64,000 bases of DNA from a bacterium (GCA_963662285.2 CAXXMV010000006.1:1312001-1376000); one strand, 5' to 3'; positions 39,169 through 50,053 are shown, counted from the stretch's first letter. Made by a program: numbers and translations. The notes: generated by a model from the sequence alone, not told the origin.

Positions 39169-41487
39169 TCACGGATTTTCATCTGTTTTATTCTTCGAGG
39201 CCATTAACCGTTCGTATTCCTTGGGATGATGGTGTTGCAATTCTTCTTCAGTCATTTTTCCGGTCAACCATGTCATGCTCATGGGGTATTGATCCGGGTG
39301 GAACATGACGAAGAATAAATGCCAAACCACGATGGCCAAGGTAGCCAGAACCGCTTCGTAATAATGAATCAACTCCGCAATGTCAATCGCCCATTTGGGT
39401 AAATAATGGAATGAAGTAATCGGGAACCATAGAATGAGTCCGGTAACCACCATGATAATGACGCCCCAAACCAAGGCCCAGAACTCCATCTTTTCCATAT
39501 AATCATAACGGTCGAATTTAGGCGGTTCGGAGCGTTTGCCCAAGTGAAATAGTATGAAATTCCAGGCATGGGAAAGTTCCTCCCATTTTGGCAAAAAGGC
39601 CATGAATTCCGAGCGGCCGCGTTTGGCGGCGACCATATATATGGCATACAAAATGGAAGTTCCCGTTAGTACGATACCGGATATCCGGTGAATCAACCCG
39701 CGCAACGGTTCCGTAAAATATACGTAAGAAAGCAGAGTCACCCACCAGGATTTAGGACTGGTTAAAGCAAAACCGCTTATCGCCAGCATAATAAATGAAA
39801 CGGTTAATAGAATATGCAGCAATACTTCAAATCGAGTGAATCTGGTATAGGAAAGCAGCTTCTTTTCCCGGTGAAATTTCTCTTTTATCTTACCCCAGAA
39901 GATAATGCCATTATGGAGAAGCATTCCACCGATGACCACCACAATAAGAAACAGGTATATTCTAGGAACCCAGGCGGCGATGGCTTTGGAGCGCATTGTG
40001 ACATCCGAATGAATCGGCGCCGCCAGCACATTTTCACCGACTCCCGGATGGCATTTACCGCAAGTTTCAACCAGCCGTTCTTTGCTGACAGTCGAATTCG
40101 GGTTGGATGAATTCAAGATTAAGTGATATCCGTGACAACTGGCGCAATCGGCTACTTCACGGGATTTATGTTGTAAAGCAAGGCCATGATAACTGTCAAA
40201 ATAATTTGCGACTTTTGTGTCGCTTATTCCATATTTATCGTTTATAACAATGGAGGTATGGCAGCGGCCGCAGGTATTTTCGGAAAGATTCAACATCGAG
40301 ACCGGAGAGCGTTCATCCGTGTGGCGTAAAATAGAATGTTCACCATGGCAATCCGTACAGACTGGCGCATCCTTATGGCCTTGCATTGCGGACACGCCAT
40401 GCACGCTCTGCAAATATTGTTCTTTTTCCGTTTTATGACATTGACCACAGGTTTCGGGTACATGCATAAAATTGGATGGAGATGCAGGATCGCTTAACGC
40501 CAGCGTATCATGATAGCCATGGCAATTAATACAGGTTGGCGCGTCAGGGTTTCCCTTAACCACTTCTTCGGCATGGACGCTTCCCTTAAACAAGGTTTCC
40601 TGGGATGCCGAGGAAAGGCCGTACTTATCCATAATTGTTAAGTCAAAATGGCATTTACCGCATAAATAAGAAACCCGCTTATGACTTAATTTTGACGCCG
40701 TATCATCAGTGGATAAGATATTATGTTCACCGTGACAACTGGTGCATGTGGCTGCATCATCCAAACCTTTTTTAACCGTTTTCCCATGAACGCTTTTTTC
40801 ATAAATTTCCGAAATTTCCTGGTGGCATTTGGCGCAGGTTTTTTCTACCATGCTTGGATGCACCAAGGATTCAGGATTTTCAGAATGTAAAATTTTATGA
40901 TAACCATGGCAATCCACGCAACTGGCCGCTTTGGATTCCTCATTTAACAGGTTGGCTTTCCCATGAACGGTATTCGAATAAGTCTTTACTGCGCTATCAG
41001 GAATATTTGTTTCATTCTGCATATCATTATTATCATGACATTTCGAGCAAATTGTTAAATTGTTTTTATGGTTCGCTATACTATCAGGATCATCAGAAGA
41101 AAGGATGTTGTGAGCGTGCCCATGACAATCAGAGCAACCGGGCGCCTCTTCGCTATTTGAAGGATGAACCGAAACAGCAAGGTCTTCTATAACTTCATCA
41201 TGACACTCAGAGCAATCAACTTTTTCTAATTTCTCAGTGTGGGGAAACTCAGAAATATCGCTATGGCAATCGATGCAGGACAGGTCTTGATGAATGGTTG
41301 CGTTGAATTTTTCGATATCTACAAAAATACTGGTTTTTCGCCCGGCAATTTCAGCCGTCTGGTCTTGAACTCCATGACATTCCATACAACTTGCATTATC
41401 ACTAATTTCCTGGGAAAAAACGGTGAGGTGAATATTGGCGCAAATAATCAGCAAGACGGCATAATATTCCAATCTGCATTTACTCAT
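39169..41487 (-). CDS. Multiheme cytochrome c (15 CXXCH) fused to C-terminal cytochrome b (CbcL-like)
   Basis: Fifteen CXXCH counted; FdnI-like membrane domain (RF...EVLLH, IHRISG, YDYMEKMEFWA..WG, HYYEA.LA, WHLF). Confidence 0.9.
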   Translation of the reverse strand: MSKCRLEYYAVLLIICANIHLTVFSQEISDNASCMECHGVQDQTAEIAGRKTSIFVDIEKFNATIHQDLSCIDCHSDISEFPHTEKLEKVDCSECHDEVIEDLAVSVHPSNSEEAPGCSDCHGHAHNILSSDDPDSIANHKNNLTICSKCHDNNDMQNETNIPDSAVKTYSNTVHGKANLLNEESKAASCVDCHGYHKILHSENPESLVHPSMVEKTCAKCHQEISEIYEKSVHGKTVKKGLDDAATCTSCHGEHNILSTDDTASKLSHKRVSYLCGKCHFDLTIMDKYGLSSASQETLFKGSVHAEEVVKGNPDAPTCINCHGYHDTLALSDPASPSNFMHVPETCGQCHKTEKEQYLQSVHGVSAMQGHKDAPVCTDCHGEHSILRHTDERSPVSMLNLSENTCGRCHTSIVINDKYGISDTKVANYFDSYHGLALQHKSREVADCASCHGYHLILNSSNPNSTVSKERLVETCGKCHPGVGENVLAAPIHSDVTMRSKAIAAWVPRIYLFLIVVVIGGMLLHNGIIFWGKIKEKFHREKKLLSYTRFTRFEVLLHILLTVSFIMLAISGFALTSPKSWWVTLLSYVYFTEPLRGLIHRISGIVLTGTSILYAIYMVAAKRGRSEFMAFLPKWEELSHAWNFILFHLGKRSEPPKFDRYDYMEKMEFWALVWGVIIMVVTGLILWFPITSFHYLPKWAIDIAELIHYYEAVLATLAIVVWHLFFVMFHPDQYPMSMTWLTGKMTEEELQHHHPKEYERLMASKNKTDENP

Positions 41488-41592
41488 TTTTTTACTCCAA
41501 ATCTTTATAAAATCTCAATAAGATTAGAGCGAGGGGAAATAAAAAAACACAAGAAGTTCAACTTACTAATCTAATACTCAACACTGTCTATT

Positions 41593-44391
41593 TCAATAAA
41601 TCACAACCATTCCATATATTATGGCCGCAACAATAACTAAGCCGGTGAACAGGAATATCATACCGAATAGCACCGCAAGCCATGATATCAATCTTGAAGG
41701 CGCTTCGACGATATAATCGTCCAACTTGCCGCTTTCAAGCAATTGCTGATATTCACGGGGACGCTCTGATTTAAATTCTTCCAGCGGAACGCGACCGGTG
41801 AAAATAACTGGATCCATCGGGAATATACCCGGTCGGAAATGAGTGTTGAAGAAGTGAATCGTGAAAATAAAACCTGCTGCCAAAAGCGCTTCATCACTGT
41901 GAATGATGGTAGCCACGTTAATTATCCATCCCGGTAAAAACAGGGTGGTGAATTCCGGGAACCATAAAATCAGACCAGTCGAACCGATGATCAAGACGCC
42001 CCAGAATACGGCAAAGTAGTCAAATTTTTCCCAATAGGTCCACCTTCCAATCTTGGGACGTTTGCCCAGGCCCAGGAACCAAAGAACGTTCTGCTTCAGT
42101 TCTATTAGATCCCGTCTAGTAGGTAACATGGTATACTCTTCTGTAAACAGGCCTTTAATGGTAATTTCTCTTTTTCTCCACATGTTAAATACAAGGAAGA
42201 GATGAATGCCAAAGTACGCGAAGGTAATAATTGCGCTAATCCGGTGAATGAAGCCTGTTCCAACCGGTCCGCCTAATATTTTAGAAACAAAATTGAGGAA
42301 TCCTACATCGGGGAATTTCAAGGTCATTCCAGTCAACGCCAGACTCAAGAAACTTACAATCACCATTAAGTGCAGAATCCTTTGGCTATATCTGAACCGG
42401 CGTATAAATTTGCCGCCCTGATGTTGCAGGGTCTCCCGCTCTTTTAATCTTGCTTTATGTTGGTAATGGTAAATCAGGGACCGGATCAACCATAACAAGG
42501 TATGGAGGCCGAAGAATGTTAAAGTCCCTATTAACAAGCAGGTCATGAATATGAAGGAATAAAACAATATTGGATACTTATCTTTATCATAGTGGGTGGC
42601 GTGGGTTAAATATCCGGTAAACTGACGGTTGGAATGGGGATGGCACGCCCGGCATGTTTCAATAATATTATTTCTATGTAAGGTAGACAGTGGATTGTAA
42701 TTAGGCAAAATATTATGAGAACCATGACAGTCGTTGCATTTGGCGGCGACCGTATCTCCCAATTTTGAAGCCTTGCCATGGTATGTTTCAAAATACGATT
42801 CAGTTAAACTCTCATGGCATCTTCCGCATGTTTTAAATAATTCCGTCCTGAAATCGTCTTGATCCACCCTGGAGATAGTGTGCGAGTGGTGACAGTCCTT
42901 ACATGACGGTAATGGTTGGTCTGTATCGCTGAAAACAGGACTATGGATGCTCTTATCAAATTCTTCCAATATTCCAAAATGGCATTTGCCGCATGTTTTT
43001 CCAATGTTCTTTTCATTTACCGAAGAATTTTCATCTTTAGGAGCTAAAATATTATGCGCATTATGGCAATTGGTGCACATAGCCGTAACTACCAGGCCGC
43101 TCTCGATCAAGCCCTTGCCATGCACGCTCATTGAGTAGTTGCTGACAATCTGATCTTCCGTAATGGCTTCTCTGATAGCCGCAGGCTGTCCATGGGCGTG
43201 GCACTGGCTGCATAATTTTGGGACGTTTTTGGGAAATGTTACCGATTGCGGATTATCTTTGGGAAGCATGTCGTGAGTTCCATGGCAGAAAAGACAGGTC
43301 GGGGCATTGGGATCGCCCAGTGCTTCAAATGCGCCATGAATGCTGGTCTGGTGGTCAGATACTTGCTTCGCATGGCAGACAGAGCAATCAACCGGTTTGA
43401 TATCTTTGCAAACCGGATCATTTTCCGGGTGGACGTCATAATGGCATTTCACGCAGGAGACGTTGGCGTGAACCGAATTATCAACATGACCCTTATCGAT
43501 AAATAATGCTATCTCTTCTCCATCCTTCTCCATTTTTAAGTTCTGGTCGGAGTGGCAGGTCAGGCATGTACCGTCAGCAATTTCAATATCATATTGCACT
43601 CTTTGGATTTTATGGGGCGAGTGGCAATCAACGCATATTGGGATTTTATGGGGTTCTTTTTCCCACAATTGCCCTTCAATAATCTTTTCATGTACAACTT
43701 CAATCTGAGCATGGCAGGTCATACAAGTTGTTGTAACATTATCTTTATTAATGGAAGATTGGGGATTGGCGTGATGTAAAATATTATGAGATCCATGACA
43801 ACTGGTACAAACCGCAGTAACTATCAATCCCCGCCGGAACAGACCTTCTCCATGAATTGACATCGAATAATTCGACACGACATTATGCTGGTCAATTTCA
43901 TGCGTCTCGGTCATTTCCGTGCCTTCCTTATGGCACGTTCCGCAAGTTGCGGGGATATTCATGATATAAGTTTTGGATGAAGGATCGGAAGGTGGGAGAA
44001 TGTTATGTTTGCCATGGCATGAAGCGCAGGTAGGGGCGAATTTATCTTCCCGTTGTAATGCAGCAATCCCATGGACGCTTGCGGAAAAAATTTCTAAAAC
44101 ATCGTCATGGCAATTGGAGCAATCAACTTTACTCAATCCTTCTTGGTGAGGCAGTTCTTCAATCTCATCATGGCAATCTATACAGGATAATGACTCATGT
44201 ACAGAATTTTGATAATCATTTAGATCAATGAAAATCGAAACTTCTTCTCCATCAATCTCCCCGGTATTGTCCTCTTCGCCATGACATTCCATGCAACTTT
44301 CCACTTCATCGACATCTTGAGCGAAAAGAACGGAATTATTTGAAATTGAAAAACAGAAAATCAGTAGGATGAAAAGATAAATTTGCTTCAT
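41593..44391 (-). CDS. Multiheme cytochrome c (19 CXXCH) fused to C-terminal cytochrome b (CbcL-like)
   Basis: Nineteen CXXCH counted; GYLTHA, FFGLHTLLW, QRILH, IHRISA, WTYWEKFDYFAVFWG, IHSDEALLA, HFFNTHFRP. ATG at 44391. Confidence 0.9.
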   Translation of the reverse strand: MKQIYLFILLIFCFSISNNSVLFAQDVDEVESCMECHGEEDNTGEIDGEEVSIFIDLNDYQNSVHESLSCIDCHDEIEELPHQEGLSKVDCSNCHDDVLEIFSASVHGIAALQREDKFAPTCASCHGKHNILPPSDPSSKTYIMNIPATCGTCHKEGTEMTETHEIDQHNVVSNYSMSIHGEGLFRRGLIVTAVCTSCHGSHNILHHANPQSSINKDNVTTTCMTCHAQIEVVHEKIIEGQLWEKEPHKIPICVDCHSPHKIQRVQYDIEIADGTCLTCHSDQNLKMEKDGEEIALFIDKGHVDNSVHANVSCVKCHYDVHPENDPVCKDIKPVDCSVCHAKQVSDHQTSIHGAFEALGDPNAPTCLFCHGTHDMLPKDNPQSVTFPKNVPKLCSQCHAHGQPAAIREAITEDQIVSNYSMSVHGKGLIESGLVVTAMCTNCHNAHNILAPKDENSSVNEKNIGKTCGKCHFGILEEFDKSIHSPVFSDTDQPLPSCKDCHHSHTISRVDQDDFRTELFKTCGRCHESLTESYFETYHGKASKLGDTVAAKCNDCHGSHNILPNYNPLSTLHRNNIIETCRACHPHSNRQFTGYLTHATHYDKDKYPILFYSFIFMTCLLIGTLTFFGLHTLLWLIRSLIYHYQHKARLKERETLQHQGGKFIRRFRYSQRILHLMVIVSFLSLALTGMTLKFPDVGFLNFVSKILGGPVGTGFIHRISAIITFAYFGIHLFLVFNMWRKREITIKGLFTEEYTMLPTRRDLIELKQNVLWFLGLGKRPKIGRWTYWEKFDYFAVFWGVLIIGSTGLILWFPEFTTLFLPGWIINVATIIHSDEALLAAGFIFTIHFFNTHFRPGIFPMDPVIFTGRVPLEEFKSERPREYQQLLESGKLDDYIVEAPSRLISWLAVLFGMIFLFTGLVIVAAIIYGMVVIY

Positions 44392-44522
44392 AATCAACGC
44401 ACCCGGTTCTTAATAAAGCAAGTTGTATGTTTATCGTTCCATTGGTTGAATTACAATTATAGAGAAAGTTTTGACATATAGCAATAAATAGTTTTTGGCT
44501 GAGCACGCTGTTACGGAGGGTT

Positions 44523-44780
44523 TTATTTTATATTCAGAATATCGTGGATTCCGATTTTAATGAGGATGTATTCATCGTTTTCTAACTTGAAAATAATCCG
44601 GTAGTTCATGGATACGCTGATTTCCCACATATTTGGATATCCTTCCATTTTGTGAAGGCGGAGAGATGGATGTTGCGGATTTTCCAATAAGAGTTGTAAC
44701 TGCTTGTCAACTCGCTTGCGGATGGTAGAAGGCAGTTTGTTGTAGCGGGTAAGATATGGCTTAGTGATGCGAATTTTCAT
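44523..44780 (-). CDS. Type II toxin, RelE/ParE superfamily mRNA interferase-like
   Basis: 85 aa, basic; NPQHPSLRLHKM.G...WE.SV...YRI.F....IGIHD; 4-bp overlap with the upstream antitoxin. Confidence 0.85.
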   Translation of the reverse strand: MKIRITKPYLTRYNKLPSTIRKRVDKQLQLLLENPQHPSLRLHKMEGYPNMWEISVSMNYRIIFKLENDEYILIKIGIHDILNIK

Positions 44781-45217
44781 ATCTTCGCCGATTCTTTATG
44801 CAGGTATGCAATGGCATCTTCAGCATTATCAAAGGCTGGGCTTACATCTCCTGTACGGATATCCTGTTCAGCGGAGCGAACATCTTTCTGCCACTCTTCC
44901 GTCCAAAAGTAGGCTTGATCTTTGATAATAAGACCTGCCTTGGTTGCTATCTCGATTTCTATTTTTGTCAGACCTTTGGAATTGATAATATCGTTATTGA
45001 TTTTCGCCATTTTCGCCTGCGCCCGCGCAAGGATTTTCTGTTCGGCGTCAGAGAATTTAACGGCTGCAATTTTATCGGTCAAGCGTTTAGGAGTAAGTAC
45101 GATTTTTCCATTTACCGTAGTGGCGTCTAAAATATCGCCCGGCGCCAATTGCGCCTCGTCGAATACCGGCTTGGGAATGGTGATCTGATGTTTGGGGCTG
45201 ATACGGGTGGTCGGCAT
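44777..45217 (-). CDS. AbrB/MazE/SpoVT-family antitoxin
   Basis: TRISPKHQITIPK, L.PGD.L, C-terminal QAYFWTEEWQ...AEQDI..G; start 45217 has a GAGGA RBS. Confidence 0.82.
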   Translation of the reverse strand: MPTTRISPKHQITIPKPVFDEAQLAPGDILDATTVNGKIVLTPKRLTDKIAAVKFSDAEQKILARAQAKMAKINNDIINSKGLTKIEIEIATKAGLIIKDQAYFWTEEWQKDVRSAEQDIRTGDVSPAFDNAEDAIAYLHKESAKI

Positions 45218-45348
45218 AGCGTTCCTCATTATAGAAATAGCGGTTTTAGTGCTTATTAAGTTTAGTATGAATTCTTTACTTCTTTACCAGATTAGCAAGG
45301 TCTATGGTTTTTGTCAAATTGATTTAAGTTTATGCGGTGAAATGTTTT

Positions 45349-47625
45349 TCAGTCTTCACGATCAACCGGCGGCCATGATGGAAGAGAAAGATATCGCCAG
45401 TCGTCGGTTATCTTCAGCAATGTTTCGGGAAGCGGTCCTTTGAGGTTCTGCGCTACTCCGTGGTACTTTCCTGTTTGATCTTTCCACAAGGCGAGGTCAA
45501 CTGGTTGCGTTAGGGATATTTCTAAATCATTAAGTTTAAAGCGCTGTAATGCTCCAGCCGCCAGGGCTTCCAGTTTCCCATTATGATCCAGCCTGATCGC
45601 CGCAAGTCCGGTGGCGTCGAATGTCACTTCATGTTTATCAATCCAGAAGGTTTTTTGCATTGCGTCGCCAGCGACGCTGTGGGCGCCTGCTACGTGGATT
45701 ACCGTACCATCAATCAAGCGGCAAAAACCTTCCGTCCGGGGAGCGCTGGATGTGTGTCCGAATGCATTTAAATGTCCCGTAGCAGGAGATTGGGATTCAA
45801 TTCCCTTGGCGCGCATCGTTTGGCATACGGAGGCTACCAGGGATTGAGGATCGTCAAACTGTTTCATGGATTCTGGAATAGCGATATGTTCTTGCAGCGG
45901 CTGGCCATCAAAATCTCTGCTCCAGTCTCCTATGCGCAACAGTGCGGTCCGTCCTTGAGCCGCTTTACGGAAAAACCGGGCGGTTGAGGATTTTTCGAAT
46001 TCTGGATGATAGAGAATCACCGCGGAATATGTCTGAGGACCGTATTGAATCATGCCATCATTATTCACAATTAAACTATGGTTATCAATTTCACTGCCGG
46101 GAATAAGGTCAGCCGGATATCCCGCCCGCCATAGAGCATTTGCTATATCCATGCCAACATCATCATAGGCCGGGCCAGCCCAATTCATGGAGCAGGCATG
46201 GCCGAATACTACCGCGACCGGGCAATCCAAGGGGCTTTTGGTGATGTAATTGAGCAGACGCACGCGGCTTTCCGCGATCATCAAGTCATCCCGTAACAGG
46301 TCGCGGCTGCCTGCCAGAATTGATCCAGGGCGCGGCCATATTGGATGATAATTGATCCGGCCGCCAGCCAGCGTGTGAGACCAGACGCTCTCCTGGTAAG
46401 CGGATTTAGCGTCTGAGTAAAACATATTGTACCAGACCGGGCTGTTCCATTTTTTAGCCAGGGCGGTGCGCACCGCGAAAGGAGTCATTTCATCGGTCTG
46501 GGCTATATCGCGTTTGGCGATCCACCAATCCAGGCCATTCTTTTTGAATTCCCGTGAATCAGGATAAGGCCACCAGGTTGGATGGGTGGCGACCAGAGCT
46601 GATGCGCCGAAGGTCTCTTTAACTGACTGGTAGAAATCCTGCTCAATGGCGCCATTGCGGAGGCGCGACATCTGCATGAAATGATTGATCGCCGCAATCC
46701 GTTCCGCTTCACGGCCTTGGACGCCCTTTGACATGAGCAGACAATCAAACAGCAAAACCCTACCGCTGGTTTGTTCGGCGTATTGCTCTGCGCGATGGGA
46801 TGAATACCAGAATTGATCTTTGGCGGGATTGCCGTCGAAGCAGGGCGGGAAGCCCCACTCATCTTTACAGACTCCAGCTAACGGGACGTCTTTATATGCG
46901 TCAATAATCCACCGTTGATATTCCATGATATGAGGGGCGAACACATCCGGCGTCAAGTGAGTGCATGCGGCCATGACGCTTACCTTGAGGTTCTTGGAAT
47001 CAGAGGCGGATGGAATTACAACGCTTACTGCTTCGCTGGATTGCCCGATGATGCGGCAATCCTGAGTGATATCCCTAAGAGTGGCCGGGTTGATGCCATG
47101 TTCATTGCGCTGATATGCATAGACGCGCATCAACGATCCATCCAACGGAATATAATGCGTGGTGCGGTGGGTGTAGTGGTCGCTGAGGTCATGGCTTTTT
47201 ACTGTTACCTCAATGGCATCTCCGCCGGTTAATTCGGCCTCCTGCAAAATCAGCATCTGCTGCAACTCGTCGGGATAGAGTTTTTGGAATGCCCGCCGCG
47301 CCAGACGTACGTCCAGGTCCATCACAATAGGTACGCCGCGCTCGCGGGCGTAGATCGCCGCTGCTTTTATCTGATCATGAACCTTTTTATCTGATACTTC
47401 ATACAAAGGCGCCCGTAGACTGGTGGTCAGTAAGTTATAGGGCGAGTGCTCGCTGACCAGATCAATAAATTTCTTGTATCCCTCCGACTCAAACTCAGCT
47501 TCATGCCAGAACCAACAGCCCAAAACAGGATAAACCTCTGGTGGAAGACGATGAGGCTGAGCATTCAGAATATTCACGAAAACGAAAACAAACGATAATA
47601 ACAGGGAAGAGCGCAGCATTTTCAT
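45349..47625 (-). CDS. Secreted hypothetical protein, possibly glycoside hydrolase-like
   Basis: Long ORF with signal peptide; GVCKDEWGFPP and QTDE acidic motifs; neighbours are carbohydrate-active. Confidence 0.55.
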   Translation of the reverse strand: MKMLRSSLLLSFVFVFVNILNAQPHRLPPEVYPVLGCWFWHEAEFESEGYKKFIDLVSEHSPYNLLTTSLRAPLYEVSDKKVHDQIKAAAIYARERGVPIVMDLDVRLARRAFQKLYPDELQQMLILQEAELTGGDAIEVTVKSHDLSDHYTHRTTHYIPLDGSLMRVYAYQRNEHGINPATLRDITQDCRIIGQSSEAVSVVIPSASDSKNLKVSVMAACTHLTPDVFAPHIMEYQRWIIDAYKDVPLAGVCKDEWGFPPCFDGNPAKDQFWYSSHRAEQYAEQTSGRVLLFDCLLMSKGVQGREAERIAAINHFMQMSRLRNGAIEQDFYQSVKETFGASALVATHPTWWPYPDSREFKKNGLDWWIAKRDIAQTDEMTPFAVRTALAKKWNSPVWYNMFYSDAKSAYQESVWSHTLAGGRINYHPIWPRPGSILAGSRDLLRDDLMIAESRVRLLNYITKSPLDCPVAVVFGHACSMNWAGPAYDDVGMDIANALWRAGYPADLIPGSEIDNHSLIVNNDGMIQYGPQTYSAVILYHPEFEKSSTARFFRKAAQGRTALLRIGDWSRDFDGQPLQEHIAIPESMKQFDDPQSLVASVCQTMRAKGIESQSPATGHLNAFGHTSSAPRTEGFCRLIDGTVIHVAGAHSVAGDAMQKTFWIDKHEVTFDATGLAAIRLDHNGKLEALAAGALQRFKLNDLEISLTQPVDLALWKDQTGKYHGVAQNLKGPLPETLLKITDDWRYLSLPSWPPVDRED

Positions 47626-47663
47626 TATGGTATTAATTCCTTAGGTTCAACTGATAGTCAACG

Positions 47664-48455
47664 TTATTTACTTGCACTCAAATATGCCTTAGCATAACGG
47701 CGCCCGAATTCACGTAATGAAGGTGCGTTGAAATGAATATGGTCATCCTTACAGGTTAGTCCATCCGCTGAAACAAAATACACATTCTTCATTTTGGCGG
47801 CTACTGTTTTATGAGCCTGATCAACAAAATTTTTCTCAGCAGTCCAGGGGCTTTCTTTGAACTTGCCCATCTGGCCAATGATAAAAGGAACGTCAGGAGC
47901 ATCTAAATCTTTGCGGAAACGGCGTATCACATTTTGCAGGTTCTTTTCATAGTCCTGCGATAATTCGGCAGTGCAGTCTGATTCGCCTTGATGCCACAGG
48001 ATTCCCTTCAATACGCCAAACTGCATGGCGTACCTGGTTCTTTCTATCGCGTCATCATAAGGATTGCTTTGAGTCTGTTTCCAGGAAACTCCGGGACTCC
48101 AGGTTGAAATTGGCGAACCGCCGCAGGCGCATGGAACCAGTCCGATAGTGATATCTTTATTAGATTCGAGTAGGGTAAGGCCGAAGGTTTGGGCTAAACA
48201 AACACCAGCAGCTGATTTATCAAAATGGATGGGAGCTATTGCTGGAACCCAGGTTTTGCTTTTGTTTAAGCTTAATAGCCGGGGATGAGGAATTTTATCC
48301 TGTTCAGCGATTTTGCCCCGTCCCGCCATGTTTGATTGACCCGCTAATAGGAAAATATGTAGAGACTCTTTTTTTGGTAGATCAATATTTTCTGAGAAAA
48401 CCGTGATGCTGCTGAGTAATATAATGATGATTGCGGTGCACATGTGTTTATACAT
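47664..48455 (-). CDS. Sialate O-acetylesterase / CE6-like SGNH esterase
   Basis: LAGQSNMAGRG, WHQGESD, D..HF; signal peptide. Confidence 0.9.
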   Translation of the reverse strand: MYKHMCTAIIIILLSSITVFSENIDLPKKESLHIFLLAGQSNMAGRGKIAEQDKIPHPRLLSLNKSKTWVPAIAPIHFDKSAAGVCLAQTFGLTLLESNKDITIGLVPCACGGSPISTWSPGVSWKQTQSNPYDDAIERTRYAMQFGVLKGILWHQGESDCTAELSQDYEKNLQNVIRRFRKDLDAPDVPFIIGQMGKFKESPWTAEKNFVDQAHKTVAAKMKNVYFVSADGLTCKDDHIHFNAPSLREFGRRYAKAYLSASK

Positions 48456-48488
48456 TTTGTAATTACCTTTCAGTTTGTTTGATCTATT

Positions 48489-49910
48489 CTATAGAATAAT
48501 TGAACCACCTTTTTTTAGTTCACTACGAAGGTTTTGCGGATTCACATGCTCAATGGATTGGTGGTTGTTTATCGCCAGGCAGGCGGCCACGCCAGCTGCT
48601 TCTCCGGTTTGGTTCATGTTGACCATGACGCGAACAGCGGAAAAAGCCTCTTTGGCCGCGTCTAACATACGGCCTGCGATAATCAGGTTTCCATACGGCC
48701 CCTGAGGGATCAAGGTTCTGAATGGAATCTGGTAAAAGGTTGGATTGACGGCGGTTTTTTCGCGCCAGCGCCCGGATTCCCGCGGCGCTCCCGGTCTACT
48801 ATATTCCATTCGTCCATCGAGATATTTCAAGGTGATTCCCGGTTTATCCTGATGATGTACGTCGATGCGGTAACTGCCATTAGCGATAGCATCATCAAAC
48901 CGTTTGCCATAGAGAATATCATCATCTTTCAGTTGGTATTTACAATGAATGTGACGGGTTTCGCGCAAGCCGATATGAGAAGGCAGCGCTTGCAGAGTGA
49001 TGCTATTTTGCGGCGCGTATTTTCTTAAAATATCATGTATAGCCCGAATCTGCCTGCGGCCTTCGATTTCGGCTTTAGTCAGATCATCGGCGTTGGCGCA
49101 GTTTACGTCGTAGATGCGCGTGCCAGCCAGCATGTAGACTTCGGAGTTTGGAACATAACCGCCCCACATAAAACCTTCAGGCAGGTTGTATTCCTTGCGG
49201 TGTTCGGTGATAAGTTGATTGAAATTGACGCCGCTAAGCGATTTCCATTGATCAAAACGGGCGCAGGTGGTTGGCGGTTGCAGCGCAGATCGCGTGTAGG
49301 ATGGAAGGTTCAATCGGGCGCATAGATCGCCGTCGCCAGTCGCGTCAATGAAGACTTTGGCTTTGATAGCGCCCCGGCCTGATTTGTTTTCAACGATTAC
49401 CGCTGTTAGTTCACCATCAGTAACAACCGGTTGAGAAAACATGGTATGTAAATAGGGCGTGATCTTCTCTGCCGTTACAAGTTCATCGAGTTCGATTTTC
49501 AGTTCTTCAGAGTTGAAATCATAGCCCCGGCTTCCATTTTGGGGGAGTTCTTTGCAGGCGCCGCGTTGTTTAAGGCGATCCATTACTTCGCTGGTTAATC
49601 CGGCGAAAATCTCTTTTTCAAACACTTCATCTTTATGGCTATGCCATACATTGACGAGTGAGTTGGTCGCTGTTCCCCCGAAACTGTTCTGTTTTTCAAC
49701 AATAACAACCTTGGCCCCCAGTCTGGCCGCCCGAACTGCTGCAAAAACTCCTGTGCAACTGCCGCCCAGGACGCAAATGTCGCATTCAGCAATAAACGGG
49801 ATAGTTCTGGAAGGCTCAATTATTTCACCAGGTTCAGCACGTATAGGAGATGGTTTGAAAACCTGCAAACCAGCAAGAGACGCAAGGCTCATAAAAAAGC
49901 GGCGTTTCAT
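48489..49910 (-). CDS. FAD-dependent oxidoreductase with Tat-like signal
   Basis: MKRRFF; DICVLGG..TGVFAAVRAARLG, FIDATGDGD, RETR, GEAAGVAA. Confidence 0.87.
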   Translation of the reverse strand: MKRRFFMSLASLAGLQVFKPSPIRAEPGEIIEPSRTIPFIAECDICVLGGSCTGVFAAVRAARLGAKVVIVEKQNSFGGTATNSLVNVWHSHKDEVFEKEIFAGLTSEVMDRLKQRGACKELPQNGSRGYDFNSEELKIELDELVTAEKITPYLHTMFSQPVVTDGELTAVIVENKSGRGAIKAKVFIDATGDGDLCARLNLPSYTRSALQPPTTCARFDQWKSLSGVNFNQLITEHRKEYNLPEGFMWGGYVPNSEVYMLAGTRIYDVNCANADDLTKAEIEGRRQIRAIHDILRKYAPQNSITLQALPSHIGLRETRHIHCKYQLKDDDILYGKRFDDAIANGSYRIDVHHQDKPGITLKYLDGRMEYSRPGAPRESGRWREKTAVNPTFYQIPFRTLIPQGPYGNLIIAGRMLDAAKEAFSAVRVMVNMNQTGEAAGVAACLAINNHQSIEHVNPQNLRSELKKGGSIIL

Positions 49911-50008
49911 TTCATTCTCAATTCTTTATAGGAATTAGCATAACAATGTAATTATCTTCTATCATTAATTATTCTGTCAATGATAGGATAATTAATGAAT
50001 AAATACGG

Positions 50009-50053
50009 AAGAAATCTGATCAATCATTGAACTTCGCTTTACATTGTTAATAT
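50009..50053 (+). repeat. 45-bp direct repeat, copy 1
   Basis: AAGAAATCTGATCAATCATTGAACTTCGCTTTACATTGTTAATAT; 42/45 identical to 51365-51409. Confidence 0.85.
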
